NCBI GenBank assembly: GCA_023250675.1
Contig: JAHFAE010000001.1
Span: 31,635 to 95,634 of the forward strand
Reading direction: 5' to 3'
Length of the DNA: 64,000 nt
Source: Oligoflexia bacterium
GTDB taxonomy: Bacteria; Bdellovibrionota; Bdellovibrionia; JABDDW01
A program made the position numbers and the translations under genes. Positions 8,862-17,556 of the stretch are shown here, one piece after another. How positions within the stretch are numbered: the stretch's first letter is position 1; every line of letters begins with the position of its first letter. The notes beneath the pieces are model-generated. The model saw nothing but the letters and a program-made list of their open reading frames with translations, did not search any database and was not told the origin of the DNA.

Positions 8862-9888
8862 AGTTCCTCAAACCTTTGAACAAAATCTCGAAAGTAGACT
8901 TAATTTTTTTACCTATTCGTTAAAAGAACCGGCAAGGTTGGCTGAGGCGATTCGAAATCTTTCTAATCTTTTCATAAAGGGCAATGTAACTGAAAATTAT
9001 TGGAAAGACGCAAATCACCGAGCGTCTTACTTAAGTTATTTTTCTGTTTTAAATTTTGTCAGAGATAGTGCAGTATTTCGAGAAGCGGCGAGACTTGGTT
9101 TTCTTTCAGAAGCTAAGAAAATTGCTGATTGGGGTTGTGGGGCTGGAGCAGCCACCTGGGCCGGGTTGACAGAACTCAATGAAAGTTTTTCTGGCGAAAT
9201 TTGCGGAATAGACAAAAGCGCTGAAGCTCTTGAAGAGTATTCTCATTGGTTGACACTTTTTAGAGTAAAGCCCTCAGCCAAGAAGTTAGAATTAAAACAA
9301 CTTACCAACCATGGGGCCGATACGCTGATCTTAAGTTACGTATTAAATGAGGTGGATTCTTGGCCCGAAATACCGTTGGGTGTTCAAAGGCTCGTTATCA
9401 TGGAGCCGAGCACCAATCAAGCCGGTCGACGACTTTTGGAGTGGCGTCAAAAATTCTTAAATGAGGGTTGGTTCGCCTGGGCCCCGTGTACTCATCAATA
9501 CGGATGTCCACTTATACTCAACTCGAGCAAAGATTGGTGCCACCATCGAGTCCATTGGATCAAACCCCAATGGTTTTTGGAGCTCGAAAAATTCTTACCA
9601 ATGAAAAATGATACTTTGACCGTCAGTTATTTGTTGATTTCGAGGCAACCCCCGCCATCTAATCTAAATGGTTTGGCTCGCGTAGTAGGGGATGAGCAAG
9701 AAGAAAAGGGTAAGACCCGGCAAATGATATGCCGGGGACCTCAAAGGGAATTCTTGAGTTGGTTGCATAGAACTCAAATTTCTCTAAAAATGAAAAGGGG
9801 AGATTTGCTCCAAATCGGGAAGGTCGACCAAAGATCAAATGAACTTCGTGTTAACGACGCAAGTGAAATACAAAAGATTGAAAACTAA
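8845..9888 (+). CDS. SAM-dependent methyltransferase, Rsm22-like, with a C-terminal Cys/His-rich segment
   Basis: Motif I 'DWGCGAGAATWA'. C-terminal 'WAPCTHQYGCPL...DWCHHRVHW'. Overlaps the preceding gene by 17 nt. Confidence 0.55.
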   Translation: MSPLFEVPQTFEQNLESRLNFFTYSLKEPARLAEAIRNLSNLFIKGNVTENYWKDANHRASYLSYFSVLNFVRDSAVFREAARLGFLSEAKKIADWGCGAGAATWAGLTELNESFSGEICGIDKSAEALEEYSHWLTLFRVKPSAKKLELKQLTNHGADTLILSYVLNEVDSWPEIPLGVQRLVIMEPSTNQAGRRLLEWRQKFLNEGWFAWAPCTHQYGCPLILNSSKDWCHHRVHWIKPQWFLELEKFLPMKNDTLTVSYLLISRQPPPSNLNGLARVVGDEQEEKGKTRQMICRGPQREFLSWLHRTQISLKMKRGDLLQIGKVDQRSNELRVNDASEIQKIEN

Positions 9889-9923
9889 CAAAATAGGGAC
9901 CTGGATAAACTTATTGAGGTAAT

Positions 9924-10304
9924 ATGAAATCAATTATTTTTTTAGCAGGTGGAATTGTCTTAACGGCATTAATTTACTTCTTGTTAGGAACCGTTGAAAA
10001 AGTGGGTTACCAAAGAGTTATCCAAGAAATGGGGATGGTAATGGCTGTCTCTCTCATCATTTCTTTTGGAATAGCAAAACTGAATATTAGAGCTGGAGTT
10101 TTGGTAGGTTGTTTACTAATATTTTTCATGATTGATCTCATAACTTTTTTACCAAAACTTTCAAATATGACGGATCAAGAAAGACAATGGTTGCCTATGG
10201 CGGTGTTGATATACCCCATTTCCGTTTCGCCGGCTGTTATAGGAATTTGTATGGGTGCAATTCCACTATTTCGAAAGAAATTGGCCAAACTAAATGCTTC
10301 ATAG
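9924..10304 (+). CDS. Small integral membrane protein (about 4 TM segments)
   Basis: 126-aa ORF with hydrophobic segments only. Confidence 0.45.
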   Translation: MKSIIFLAGGIVLTALIYFLLGTVEKVGYQRVIQEMGMVMAVSLIISFGIAKLNIRAGVLVGCLLIFFMIDLITFLPKLSNMTDQERQWLPMAVLIYPISVSPAVIGICMGAIPLFRKKLAKLNAS

Positions 10305-10339
10305 GAATTCGAGGCTAAATGGTAAATAATGGCTAGGGC

Positions 10340-10690
10340 CTAAGGTTGAATTCTAATAAGTTGGGCGTGGTCGCATTTTCCAAATTCTTCAATATTTGAA
10401 AATTCGGGAAACGCTCGAAATTCAATATTGTCTCCGGTCTTTACGCCGGCAAACCCTGTGTCTTCGGCCCTGCAAACAAGTCCATCTGAGCAAACAATAG
10501 AAAACTTATTCATCTGCTGGCCGGATCCGTTAAGAACCATTCCCTTCATAAATGTTTCAACTCTTTTGACCTGGCATTTCACTTTGTAGCTAAAAATGAT
10601 GGATAATCCCTTTGGAAATTGAAAAAACATCAGTACCAAAGTCAGAGGGATGATTATTACAATGGCTGAAATCCAAAATTTCCACGACAT
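10340..10690 (-). CDS. Hypothetical membrane-anchored protein
   Basis: 116-aa ORF with an N-terminal TM helix 'ISAIVIIIPLTLVLMFF'. No recognisable motifs. Confidence 0.4.
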   Translation of the reverse strand: MSWKFWISAIVIIIPLTLVLMFFQFPKGLSIIFSYKVKCQVKRVETFMKGMVLNGSGQQMNKFSIVCSDGLVCRAEDTGFAGVKTGDNIEFRAFPEFSNIEEFGKCDHAQLIRIQP

Positions 10691-10904
10691 GGTTTCGATG
10701 TAATATCAACTATTTGAAAAAAGCCAGTTTTTAGAGAATTCAAAATATTTAACCCCCCAGAGATATAACGCAACACACTATAATCCTTGGGGTTTTTTAA
10801 CTCTTGCAAAAATTTGGTGCACCGATAGGTATGGAGTTAGGTTTTTTTATTAACCGATTAGCTGAAAGTCTGTGTCAGACGTAAGGCTAGGATAAAAACG
10901 GCCG

Positions 10905-11510
10905 ATGAAAGCAGATTTAGACCTGGTCAAAGAAGTTAAACATGGCGACAAATCCGCTTTTTCAGAGCTTGTGCGAAGGCACCAGAAAGCTCTCTACAGA
11001 TTGGCTTTGCGATTTGCCAAAGACCATGGAACAGCTGAGGATATTGTGCAAGAGAGTTTTGTTAAGGCCTATCAAAAGATAAATTCGTTTGAAGAGCGAA
11101 GCAGTTTCAAAAGCTGGCTGTTTCGGATCGCAATTAATACTAGTAAGAACAAGCTCCGTGGTCCCAGTCAATCCGAAGTCGATATCGAAGATGTGACACT
11201 GTCGGTTGATGCTAAAATTGAAAGTGATTTTGAATTTAAAGAGACTCAAAACTTTGTCTTAACCGAAGTCGAAAAATTGCCAGAAAGGCAAAGGACTGCA
11301 TTAACATTAAGAGTTTTCGAAGAAATGAGTTTTCAAGAAATTGCTACGATTATGAATTGCCCCTACGATACTGCGAAGGCCAACTATCGCCACGCTGTAT
11401 TAAAAATCAAAAAAATTCTGGCTGATCGTCAGGTGTTTGATGCTGGAGGCGCAATGTCATCAGAAAAAATTTCAAACTCGACCATTAACTCTGAACCGAA
11501 TGGAGATTGA
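10905..11510 (+). CDS. ECF-type RNA polymerase sigma-70 factor
   Basis: Sigma region 2 ('ALYRLALRFAKDHGTAEDIVQESFVKAY', 'FKSWLFRIAINT') and region 4 ('ERQRTALTLRVFEEMSFQEIATIMNCPYDTAK'). Confidence 0.9.
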   Translation: MKADLDLVKEVKHGDKSAFSELVRRHQKALYRLALRFAKDHGTAEDIVQESFVKAYQKINSFEERSSFKSWLFRIAINTSKNKLRGPSQSEVDIEDVTLSVDAKIESDFEFKETQNFVLTEVEKLPERQRTALTLRVFEEMSFQEIATIMNCPYDTAKANYRHAVLKIKKILADRQVFDAGGAMSSEKISNSTINSEPNGD

Positions 11511-11513
11511 GAA

Positions 11514-12110
11514 GTGTCAATAGAACGTATGAAAAAAAGAGATGAACATTGGCGATGCCGTGTCAGTTCTGACCTTTGGTTAGATTATGTAGAGGGAACT
11601 CTAGATCAAGAACTCTTCGAAGATCTAACCCGACACAAAAACTCTTGCGCACACTGCGAGAAGAATTTCATGGAATTTCATTTTGTTCGGCAACAACTTA
11701 AGGGACCAGTAAAAGATCTTCCCGATGATTTATTTTTTAAGAAATTAGAAAAAAACATTATGGCATCAGTGGAGAAAACCCATCCCGAAATCATAGTTCC
11801 CATGGGGCAAAGACATCTCAAAACCGTGGCTATGGCGACGGCGGCCATGCTCATTCTCATTGTCGGAATGCCCTATTTGCTACCTAAAATGGACTCGTTA
11901 TATTCGTGGAGCGGTTCAAAGAAGATTTCCCGTTTAACCAGCTCCGAAGATCAAATGATTTGGCAAAATGCCTCAGGAGATCCTGCACTTTTTGGTGGTA
12001 CAATAACAAGTCATCAGGACTCAGATGATTTCGTGCTGGATGCTGCGGCAGAGAAATTGAGCCGCATGTCTGACACAGACGCACGGACGGCGCTCGATAA
12101 AATGAAATAG
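11514..12110 (+). CDS. Membrane-anchored anti-sigma factor with a ZAS (HxxxCxxC) zinc motif
   Basis: 'RHKNSCAHCE' is HxxxCxxC. One TM helix 'AMATAAMLILIVGMPYLL'. Immediately downstream of the ECF sigma gene (4-nt gap). Confidence 0.65.
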   Translation: MSIERMKKRDEHWRCRVSSDLWLDYVEGTLDQELFEDLTRHKNSCAHCEKNFMEFHFVRQQLKGPVKDLPDDLFFKKLEKNIMASVEKTHPEIIVPMGQRHLKTVAMATAAMLILIVGMPYLLPKMDSLYSWSGSKKISRLTSSEDQMIWQNASGDPALFGGTITSHQDSDDFVLDAAAEKLSRMSDTDARTALDKMK

Positions 12111-12122
12111 GAGAACGACGAG

Positions 12123-12638
12123 ATGTTGCACCTGGGTTTTAGACACCTGCTGATTGGATCAGTCGTAGCAGTTCTCTATTCTTCAACGGGTTTAAATGCA
12201 CAAAATTCAGTAGAGAAAACCGAAAAGATGCGCCAAAGACTGGAGCAACTTTTTATCTGGCGAGTCTCTGATCGGTTACGATTGACCCCGGAACAAGAAA
12301 ATCATTTCTCCAGTCAGTTTAAAAAACTCACCGAAGATCGAGCAAAACTTTCTCAAAGTCTCGAATCACTTTTGGACCAGATTGAGAAGAAAAAAGTAAA
12401 CAAGAAGGAGTCAGCGACCCTTTTAACTGAATATAAAGCTCAGTTGAAAAAATACAATCAATTTCAAAATGAAGAGTTAGATTCCATGGGAAAAATTTTT
12501 GATTCGTCAAAGATGATAGACTACGTTCTTCTCAAGCGTGAAATGACTCTTAAATTTAAAGATGTCCTAGTCCAAGGTTCCCAGGCTAAGGCAGGGAATT
12601 CCCTGTTAAAAGAACCAGAAATAATCCAGGAAAAGTAA
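12123..12638 (+). CDS. Periplasmic LTXXQ-motif protein (Spy/CpxP-like)
   Basis: Signal peptide, 'LTPEQENHF' LTXXQ motif, helical and Lys/Glu-rich. Third gene of the ECF operon. Confidence 0.55.
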   Translation: MLHLGFRHLLIGSVVAVLYSSTGLNAQNSVEKTEKMRQRLEQLFIWRVSDRLRLTPEQENHFSSQFKKLTEDRAKLSQSLESLLDQIEKKKVNKKESATLLTEYKAQLKKYNQFQNEELDSMGKIFDSSKMIDYVLLKREMTLKFKDVLVQGSQAKAGNSLLKEPEIIQEK

Positions 12639-12686
12639 TTCAACTAACCGTTTTGTTGCCCCAGTTGTCATTATTATAGAAGACAA

Positions 12687-12941
12687 ATGCGACAAGGGGG
12701 ATCTATGAAAAAACTACCACTTCTATTAATCGCCAGCACAGCAATTCTTATTATGAGCTCAAAAGGTAAAGCCGAAGAAACTAAGGAAATCGAAGTTCGA
12801 AATCCAACGGCAACTGACCAAGTATTTACTCCCGAGTATTTAGACCAGATCAATGCAGAACGCCAAGCGGCCAATGCGCAAAGACAACAAGATAGTGAAC
12901 GCCATCAGAAGATGCTTGATTTTTACACTCGTCAACGTTGA
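12687..12941 (+). CDS. Small secreted protein
   Basis: Signal peptide 'MKKLPLLLIASTAILIMS'; 84 aa. Confidence 0.4.
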   Translation: MRQGGSMKKLPLLLIASTAILIMSSKGKAEETKEIEVRNPTATDQVFTPEYLDQINAERQAANAQRQQDSERHQKMLDFYTRQR

Positions 12942-13048
12942 ACGGGGAGGGTGTTTATGGGTGATATGTTGCAAGTTTCTCTCTGTAGTATTTTATTTGG
13001 TGTTATTGGATTCAAAATGGTCGAACTTTTTTGGGCGTGGTTTAGGAT

Positions 13049-14089
13049 TTATTGAACAAACTCTTGAAGTTCTTTTGCAGGATCGGTAGATTTTTTTATT
13101 TCTTTAAAATGACTTATGAATTTGGGCCAATCTCGCCCCAGTTTGTCGAAGGCTTTTTGAAAAAGGGTGAGATCTTGATAATACGTTTTGTAACTCAGAA
13201 AAACGGCATTGTTGAGTTTTTGTTTTGAAAAATTCTTAAATGTCGCTGATTTAAGTTTTAGACTGCAAGACTGATCAAAGTTTGATTTTATAAGGGCGAA
13301 TGTCTTATCTCGATCGTCCATGAGAGTGGCTGAGCCCTTGTTTTCTGAATAAAATTTTTCCAACTTTTTGATTTCATCACTTATAAATTGGCTGAAAATT
13401 TTGGAATCTTCTGAAATAAGATGGGCCTTGGCAATATTGGGAGAATCTCCGCCCTCTGTTTCCTCATAGAAAGACTCCATACCTTGATTGCCTACAAATG
13501 TGGCGAGTCTTTCATTAAAGTCCGCATTGTTTTTAATGTATAAAGTTGCATGAGTTGTTTCATGAATAACCGTTTCTACCAAATCATGGTCGTCAAAAGC
13601 CGTCATGCTTGACAATAGGGGGTCTGAAAACCAGCCCAGGGTTGAGTAGGCACTGACACCTCTTTCCATAACATCTAAATTTTGATTTTCAAGGGCGGCT
13701 TTCTCGTCGTCAGCATCGGTTTTTTTAAAAAAGCCTTTATAGGGAACTTTACCTACAATAGGAAAGCTCCAAGTAAAAGCTTCTAAGCGATCTTTGTAGC
13801 TGGCCGTAACTGCGTAGACTACGTATTTGTCATCGAGTAAAACAAATGTTTCGTAATTGTTTGTGTGAATCAGAGAGAGCTTTTGTTCTGCGTATTTTTT
13901 GACCACAGAGATAAGTCTAATCTTTCGTTTCGTCTCATCATCTATATTGGGATCTTTCAGAGCATCTTCAAAACTTCTTCTTTGTGAGAGAAGCTTAATT
14001 TGATAGTAACTAGATTTAACCAAGTATCCGAGTTGGCAACTTGGTAAAAAAAATATGAAAAACGAATAGATAAGAATTTTTTTCGTCAA
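13049..14089 (-). CDS. Predicted zinc aminopeptidase-like lipoprotein
   Basis: 'LPSC' lipobox-like N-terminus and an HExxH-type 'VIHETTHATLY' motif. Resembles the 'predicted aminopeptidase' COG family. Confidence 0.55.
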   Translation of the reverse strand: MTKKILIYSFFIFFLPSCQLGYLVKSSYYQIKLLSQRRSFEDALKDPNIDDETKRKIRLISVVKKYAEQKLSLIHTNNYETFVLLDDKYVVYAVTASYKDRLEAFTWSFPIVGKVPYKGFFKKTDADDEKAALENQNLDVMERGVSAYSTLGWFSDPLLSSMTAFDDHDLVETVIHETTHATLYIKNNADFNERLATFVGNQGMESFYEETEGGDSPNIAKAHLISEDSKIFSQFISDEIKKLEKFYSENKGSATLMDDRDKTFALIKSNFDQSCSLKLKSATFKNFSKQKLNNAVFLSYKTYYQDLTLFQKAFDKLGRDWPKFISHFKEIKKSTDPAKELQEFVQ

Positions 14090-14643
14090 AATAAAAAACT
14101 CACGCCCGCATTAGCTGAAAAATCGTAAGTCACCGGGTTTCGATCATCGCCGGGAAGGGGGCTCGAAGAAACATCAACGCCCGTCTTAATAGCAAATTGC
14201 TGGCCAATCATTATTTTAAACCCAATTCCTGCTGTGGGAGCAATGCCTTGGCTATTGACTGAACTTGTTCCACCTAAGACAGGATCAAAATACCTGAGAC
14301 TTTTAACAATGTATGAAGCTCCTGCCTTAAGGTAAGGTTTAATAACGCTTTCCCTATTGGCCATAGTCACTAAGAAATCAACCCCGTAGGCGGTAAAAGT
14401 TTGATAGGCGGTGTATTCAGGAGCTACTTGGTTGGCATCTCCCCTTGTAAAACTTAGCTCAAGGGCACTGAGTTCCCAGAAGTAGTAGGCCAGTCCAAAT
14501 GTGCCGCTCTCCATGGCTGTAGAGTGAGTGGAATCATAATAAGTTTTTCTATAGTTACCTGTGGCGCTTATTTCAAAGATCCCTGCTTGAGCAAATGATG
14601 ACAGTAGCAAAAGTACCGGGAGTAAAGCCAGAACTTGGCGCAT
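14086..14643 (-). CDS. Outer-membrane beta-barrel protein (OmpW/OmpA-like small barrel)
   Basis: Signal peptide, alternating amphipathic strands and a C-terminal 'AGVSFLF' aromatic terminus. Overlaps the upstream gene by 4 nt. Confidence 0.6.
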   Translation of the reverse strand: MRQVLALLPVLLLLSSFAQAGIFEISATGNYRKTYYDSTHSTAMESGTFGLAYYFWELSALELSFTRGDANQVAPEYTAYQTFTAYGVDFLVTMANRESVIKPYLKAGASYIVKSLRYFDPVLGGTSSVNSQGIAPTAGIGFKIMIGQQFAIKTGVDVSSSPLPGDDRNPVTYDFSANAGVSFLF

Positions 14644-14856
14644 ACAAATAGGTTAACAGATGCTCTTAAGCAAATCAGTGATTTTCAAAATTCGTCCAGT
14701 TTTTAGTCGAGAATTTATAATTGAACAAAAAACCAGAAAAATGATGCAAAGCATTAGTAGCTGGGGCGGTATGTAGGTTGCAGTTCAAACTGATAACAGC
14801 TCATCGGAAATATAAATTTTAGAGATCCGGGTGGGCCTTCAGGTTGGGGGATTCAA

Positions 14857-15864
14857 ATGAAAAACTTATTAAGAGCCATAGTTACATTAATTCTTGTTGT
14901 CTTTCCTTTTTTGGGATGTACAAACGCTATAGCAGGTACCTTTGGGCAACAAAGTCTTGTCATTCCAGTTGTGGAATCACCCGTTGGTAATGAAGTCTTT
15001 GCTCCTGACCCAGTGAATACTCCCGTGGGATCAGAAACTCCACCTCCCCCTACTGATAGTAATAACGGTTCTGTTGGATCAGAGATTCCGCCACCAGCTC
15101 CTTCTCCAACAAATGGCGAAGGGCCAGTCGCAACCAATCCGCCTCCTACTGAACCACCGACTACTGAACCACCACCAACTTCCGAACCGCCTCCTGCAAC
15201 TGACCCGAATCCTCCACCTTCAGACCTAACGATGTGCCCAAAGGATTTCGAAATGACGCCGATCTTCGCTGATACTATGAGTATTTCAAAAAATGCTCGG
15301 GATTTAAGGTTTCATAAATATATGGGGAATATCGATATACTCGAGGCTAAAGAAGTGGAACTTGAAAAGGTCACAGGTAATGTGAACATTCATTTTGCTG
15401 ACGAGATTGAAAAGGCCCATAAAGTAATTGGTGATATGAGCCTTATTGGTCGCAAGATTGGTCATCTTCACCAAGATAGTGGTGAAGTGGCGCTTAATTC
15501 TCAAAAGCTAAAGCACATTCATAAACTCAACGGTGATCTTGTAGTGGTTGCGCGCAAGATAGACCATATAGATAAGGTCAGAGGAACAGTTTGTGTCAGC
15601 AGCCAAAAAATTAAACACATCCACCAAGTCAAGGGTTCGCTAACCGTTATCGGCCGCGGAGAAAATGGTAAAAAAAGTAAGGTCGATCATATTCATAAAA
15701 TTCGTGGTCCGCTTTATCTGCGAGACGTAACTATTAAGCATATTCATGACGTGCAAGGACCGATAACTTTGGTAAACGTGCACGTCGAGCACATGGACAA
15801 GGTTCGGGGTACAGTGACGTTGGTGAATTCGACTATTAAGAAGAGTCACGACGTGAAACCCTAG
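14857..15864 (+). CDS. Secreted protein with a Pro/Thr/Glu-rich linker and about 11 tandem 17-residue His-rich repeats
   Basis: Signal peptide, 'PPPTEPPTTEPPPTSEPPPATDPNPPPSD', then repeats of the form 'xxKIxHIxKVxGxVxLV' (e.g. 'SQKLKHIHKLNGDLVVV', 'SQKIKHIHQVKGSLTVI'). Confidence 0.6.
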   Translation: MKNLLRAIVTLILVVFPFLGCTNAIAGTFGQQSLVIPVVESPVGNEVFAPDPVNTPVGSETPPPPTDSNNGSVGSEIPPPAPSPTNGEGPVATNPPPTEPPTTEPPPTSEPPPATDPNPPPSDLTMCPKDFEMTPIFADTMSISKNARDLRFHKYMGNIDILEAKEVELEKVTGNVNIHFADEIEKAHKVIGDMSLIGRKIGHLHQDSGEVALNSQKLKHIHKLNGDLVVVARKIDHIDKVRGTVCVSSQKIKHIHQVKGSLTVIGRGENGKKSKVDHIHKIRGPLYLRDVTIKHIHDVQGPITLVNVHVEHMDKVRGTVTLVNSTIKKSHDVKP

Positions 15865-15877
15865 GACAAGGCGCGTG

Positions 15878-16786
15878 CTAATCCGTTGATCGCCGGGCCC
15901 AATTGCGGTCATTGCCGATGATATGAGTGAAACTCCATTTGAGATGAATTTTGCCGTCTTTTTGAATGAGTCCTTGTGGGGGATTGGGAAAAAAGGCGGC
16001 CTCTTGAAAAGCTTTAATAGGAGTTTGATCAAGAGCATCCACGCTAGATGATTGCTCAATGATGGTTTTCAAATAAAGACCCTTTGCATCAGTAACTACA
16101 TCAATCACCGTCGTCCATTGGTGGCCTGCCACATGGGTCTGTTGACTCAAGTTCATTCGATTCATGGCATCGAAGAAATATTTCTCCCACAGTGGTCTAA
16201 TTCGCTCTTCAATTCGCGAAAAAAAAGAATAATAAACAAATCGTTCTGAATTCAATGCGGTTATGGGGCCGTCGGCCACATCGGGCAAGTATTCTCCGCT
16301 TGAAGAAGTGACCAACAAATTCCTAGCAATTTTAGAAAGGTTTATTTCTCCATGAGGTCCTCCTGTTCCCACGCCTTCTTGAGTTGAAACGGGTTTATTT
16401 TGACGAGGCAGCAGCTTCACTAATTCTTTATTAGAACTTACTAATTTATCAGAATTGCCATTGTGGGTCAGACCTGAAACCCGAGCTTTAGTTTGTCTTG
16501 CAACGTTCTGATCTCGTTCGCTGAGAAACTTCGCTTTTTCTTTCGACGGCGGAACCAATTTGTTTTGGGGTATCAAAGATTGCCGCACGATTTGCTGGTG
16601 CGACTTAGATCGAGACGGGTCTACGATGGTTACCTCAATAGACTTGTTCTCATTTAGAAATGGATTAGAGAGCCTGTTCAAAAGCCCAAACCATATGATG
16701 AAGTGAAGCAATAAGCTCAAAAATAAGAAGCGCCAGGCCGTCATGGACGCATTATAAGGCTTTAGAATAGGGCCGGCAAGCCTCAC
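15878..16786 (-). CDS. TonB-family energy transducer-like protein
   Basis: N-terminal TM 'WRFLFLSLLLHFIIWFGLL', Lys/Pro/Gln-rich linker, C-terminal TonB_C-like 'GHQWTTVIDVVTDAKGLYLKTIIEQSSSVDALDQTPIKAFQEAAFFPNPP'. Confidence 0.55.
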   Translation of the reverse strand: MRLAGPILKPYNASMTAWRFLFLSLLLHFIIWFGLLNRLSNPFLNENKSIEVTIVDPSRSKSHQQIVRQSLIPQNKLVPPSKEKAKFLSERDQNVARQTKARVSGLTHNGNSDKLVSSNKELVKLLPRQNKPVSTQEGVGTGGPHGEINLSKIARNLLVTSSSGEYLPDVADGPITALNSERFVYYSFFSRIEERIRPLWEKYFFDAMNRMNLSQQTHVAGHQWTTVIDVVTDAKGLYLKTIIEQSSSVDALDQTPIKAFQEAAFFPNPPQGLIQKDGKIHLKWSFTHIIGNDRNWARRSTD

Positions 16787-16822
16787 TGTGAAAAAACAAA
16801 ATCGTCTAAAGTTTCGACAGAT

Positions 16823-17431
16823 TTGTCCGATAAGGTCAATATGACTAAGAAAACGGGCAAGGTCGACACCGAACCGAAGAATAATGTCATCAATTTAACT
16901 GAAAGACTTAAGAAATCTGGCAAGACAACTTCGACCAAAATTAACGAACTTAAAGAGGTTCATGTCACCGAGCCTAAAATCATAGACATTACTGATCGCC
17001 GAAAAGAGAAAATTGCAGCAGAGAGACGATTTGTAACACGAACTGTCTTAGCGCAATTTGTGGGCGTATTTGTGGTTTTGCCCAAGATTCGCACGGTGAG
17101 CGGAACGGTGCCAGGTCTTCAGCCCGTTGCGCTCCATGACGTTTCGGAAAGTGGTCTTTCTTTTGATCTTCCCTTCGAAACCGGAGCTTTTGATATTGGC
17201 GAAAGTGTGACGATGAGAATCTACTTAAGTCACGATACATATTTTAGCTACGGCGTTAAAGTTGCTAATGTTAGGCCTGTTCCAGAAAAAGGTGTAATGC
17301 GCCATGGAACGGTTCTCACCAAAGATGACGAGTCCTATAGAACATTGTTTTATTTCATGAAGTTTTTAGAAAACGTCAGTTCAGTTGCGAAGAAAGACAA
17401 TGGTGACCGCCTCATTGGTCGCGTCGACTAG
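16823..17431 (+). CDS. PilZ-domain c-di-GMP receptor
   Basis: 'ERRFVTR' (RxxxR) followed by 'DVSESGLSF' (DxSxxG) at PilZ spacing. Confidence 0.65.
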   Translation: MSDKVNMTKKTGKVDTEPKNNVINLTERLKKSGKTTSTKINELKEVHVTEPKIIDITDRRKEKIAAERRFVTRTVLAQFVGVFVVLPKIRTVSGTVPGLQPVALHDVSESGLSFDLPFETGAFDIGESVTMRIYLSHDTYFSYGVKVANVRPVPEKGVMRHGTVLTKDDESYRTLFYFMKFLENVSSVAKKDNGDRLIGRVD

Positions 17432-17556
17432 GAATCGTAGTAGTTCGCCGCGTCTAATGTCTATTTAGTTCTTGAATACCTCCAGACCTTAAAGCTTAAT
17501 CAATATAGGATGGTTAGACTTTTGTGCAGTCTACAGGGGCCATGGGGGGCTAGACA

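Noticed and set aside
81-12510. Numerous 60-100 aa ORFs antisense to or nested within long genes (e.g. 81-392, 2030-2248, 3455-3640, 5515-5730, 6841-7101, 12328-12510)
   Set aside because: They lie entirely inside strongly supported genes, on the opposite strand or in alternate frames. They lack RBS and recognisable motifs. Typical of chance ORFs.
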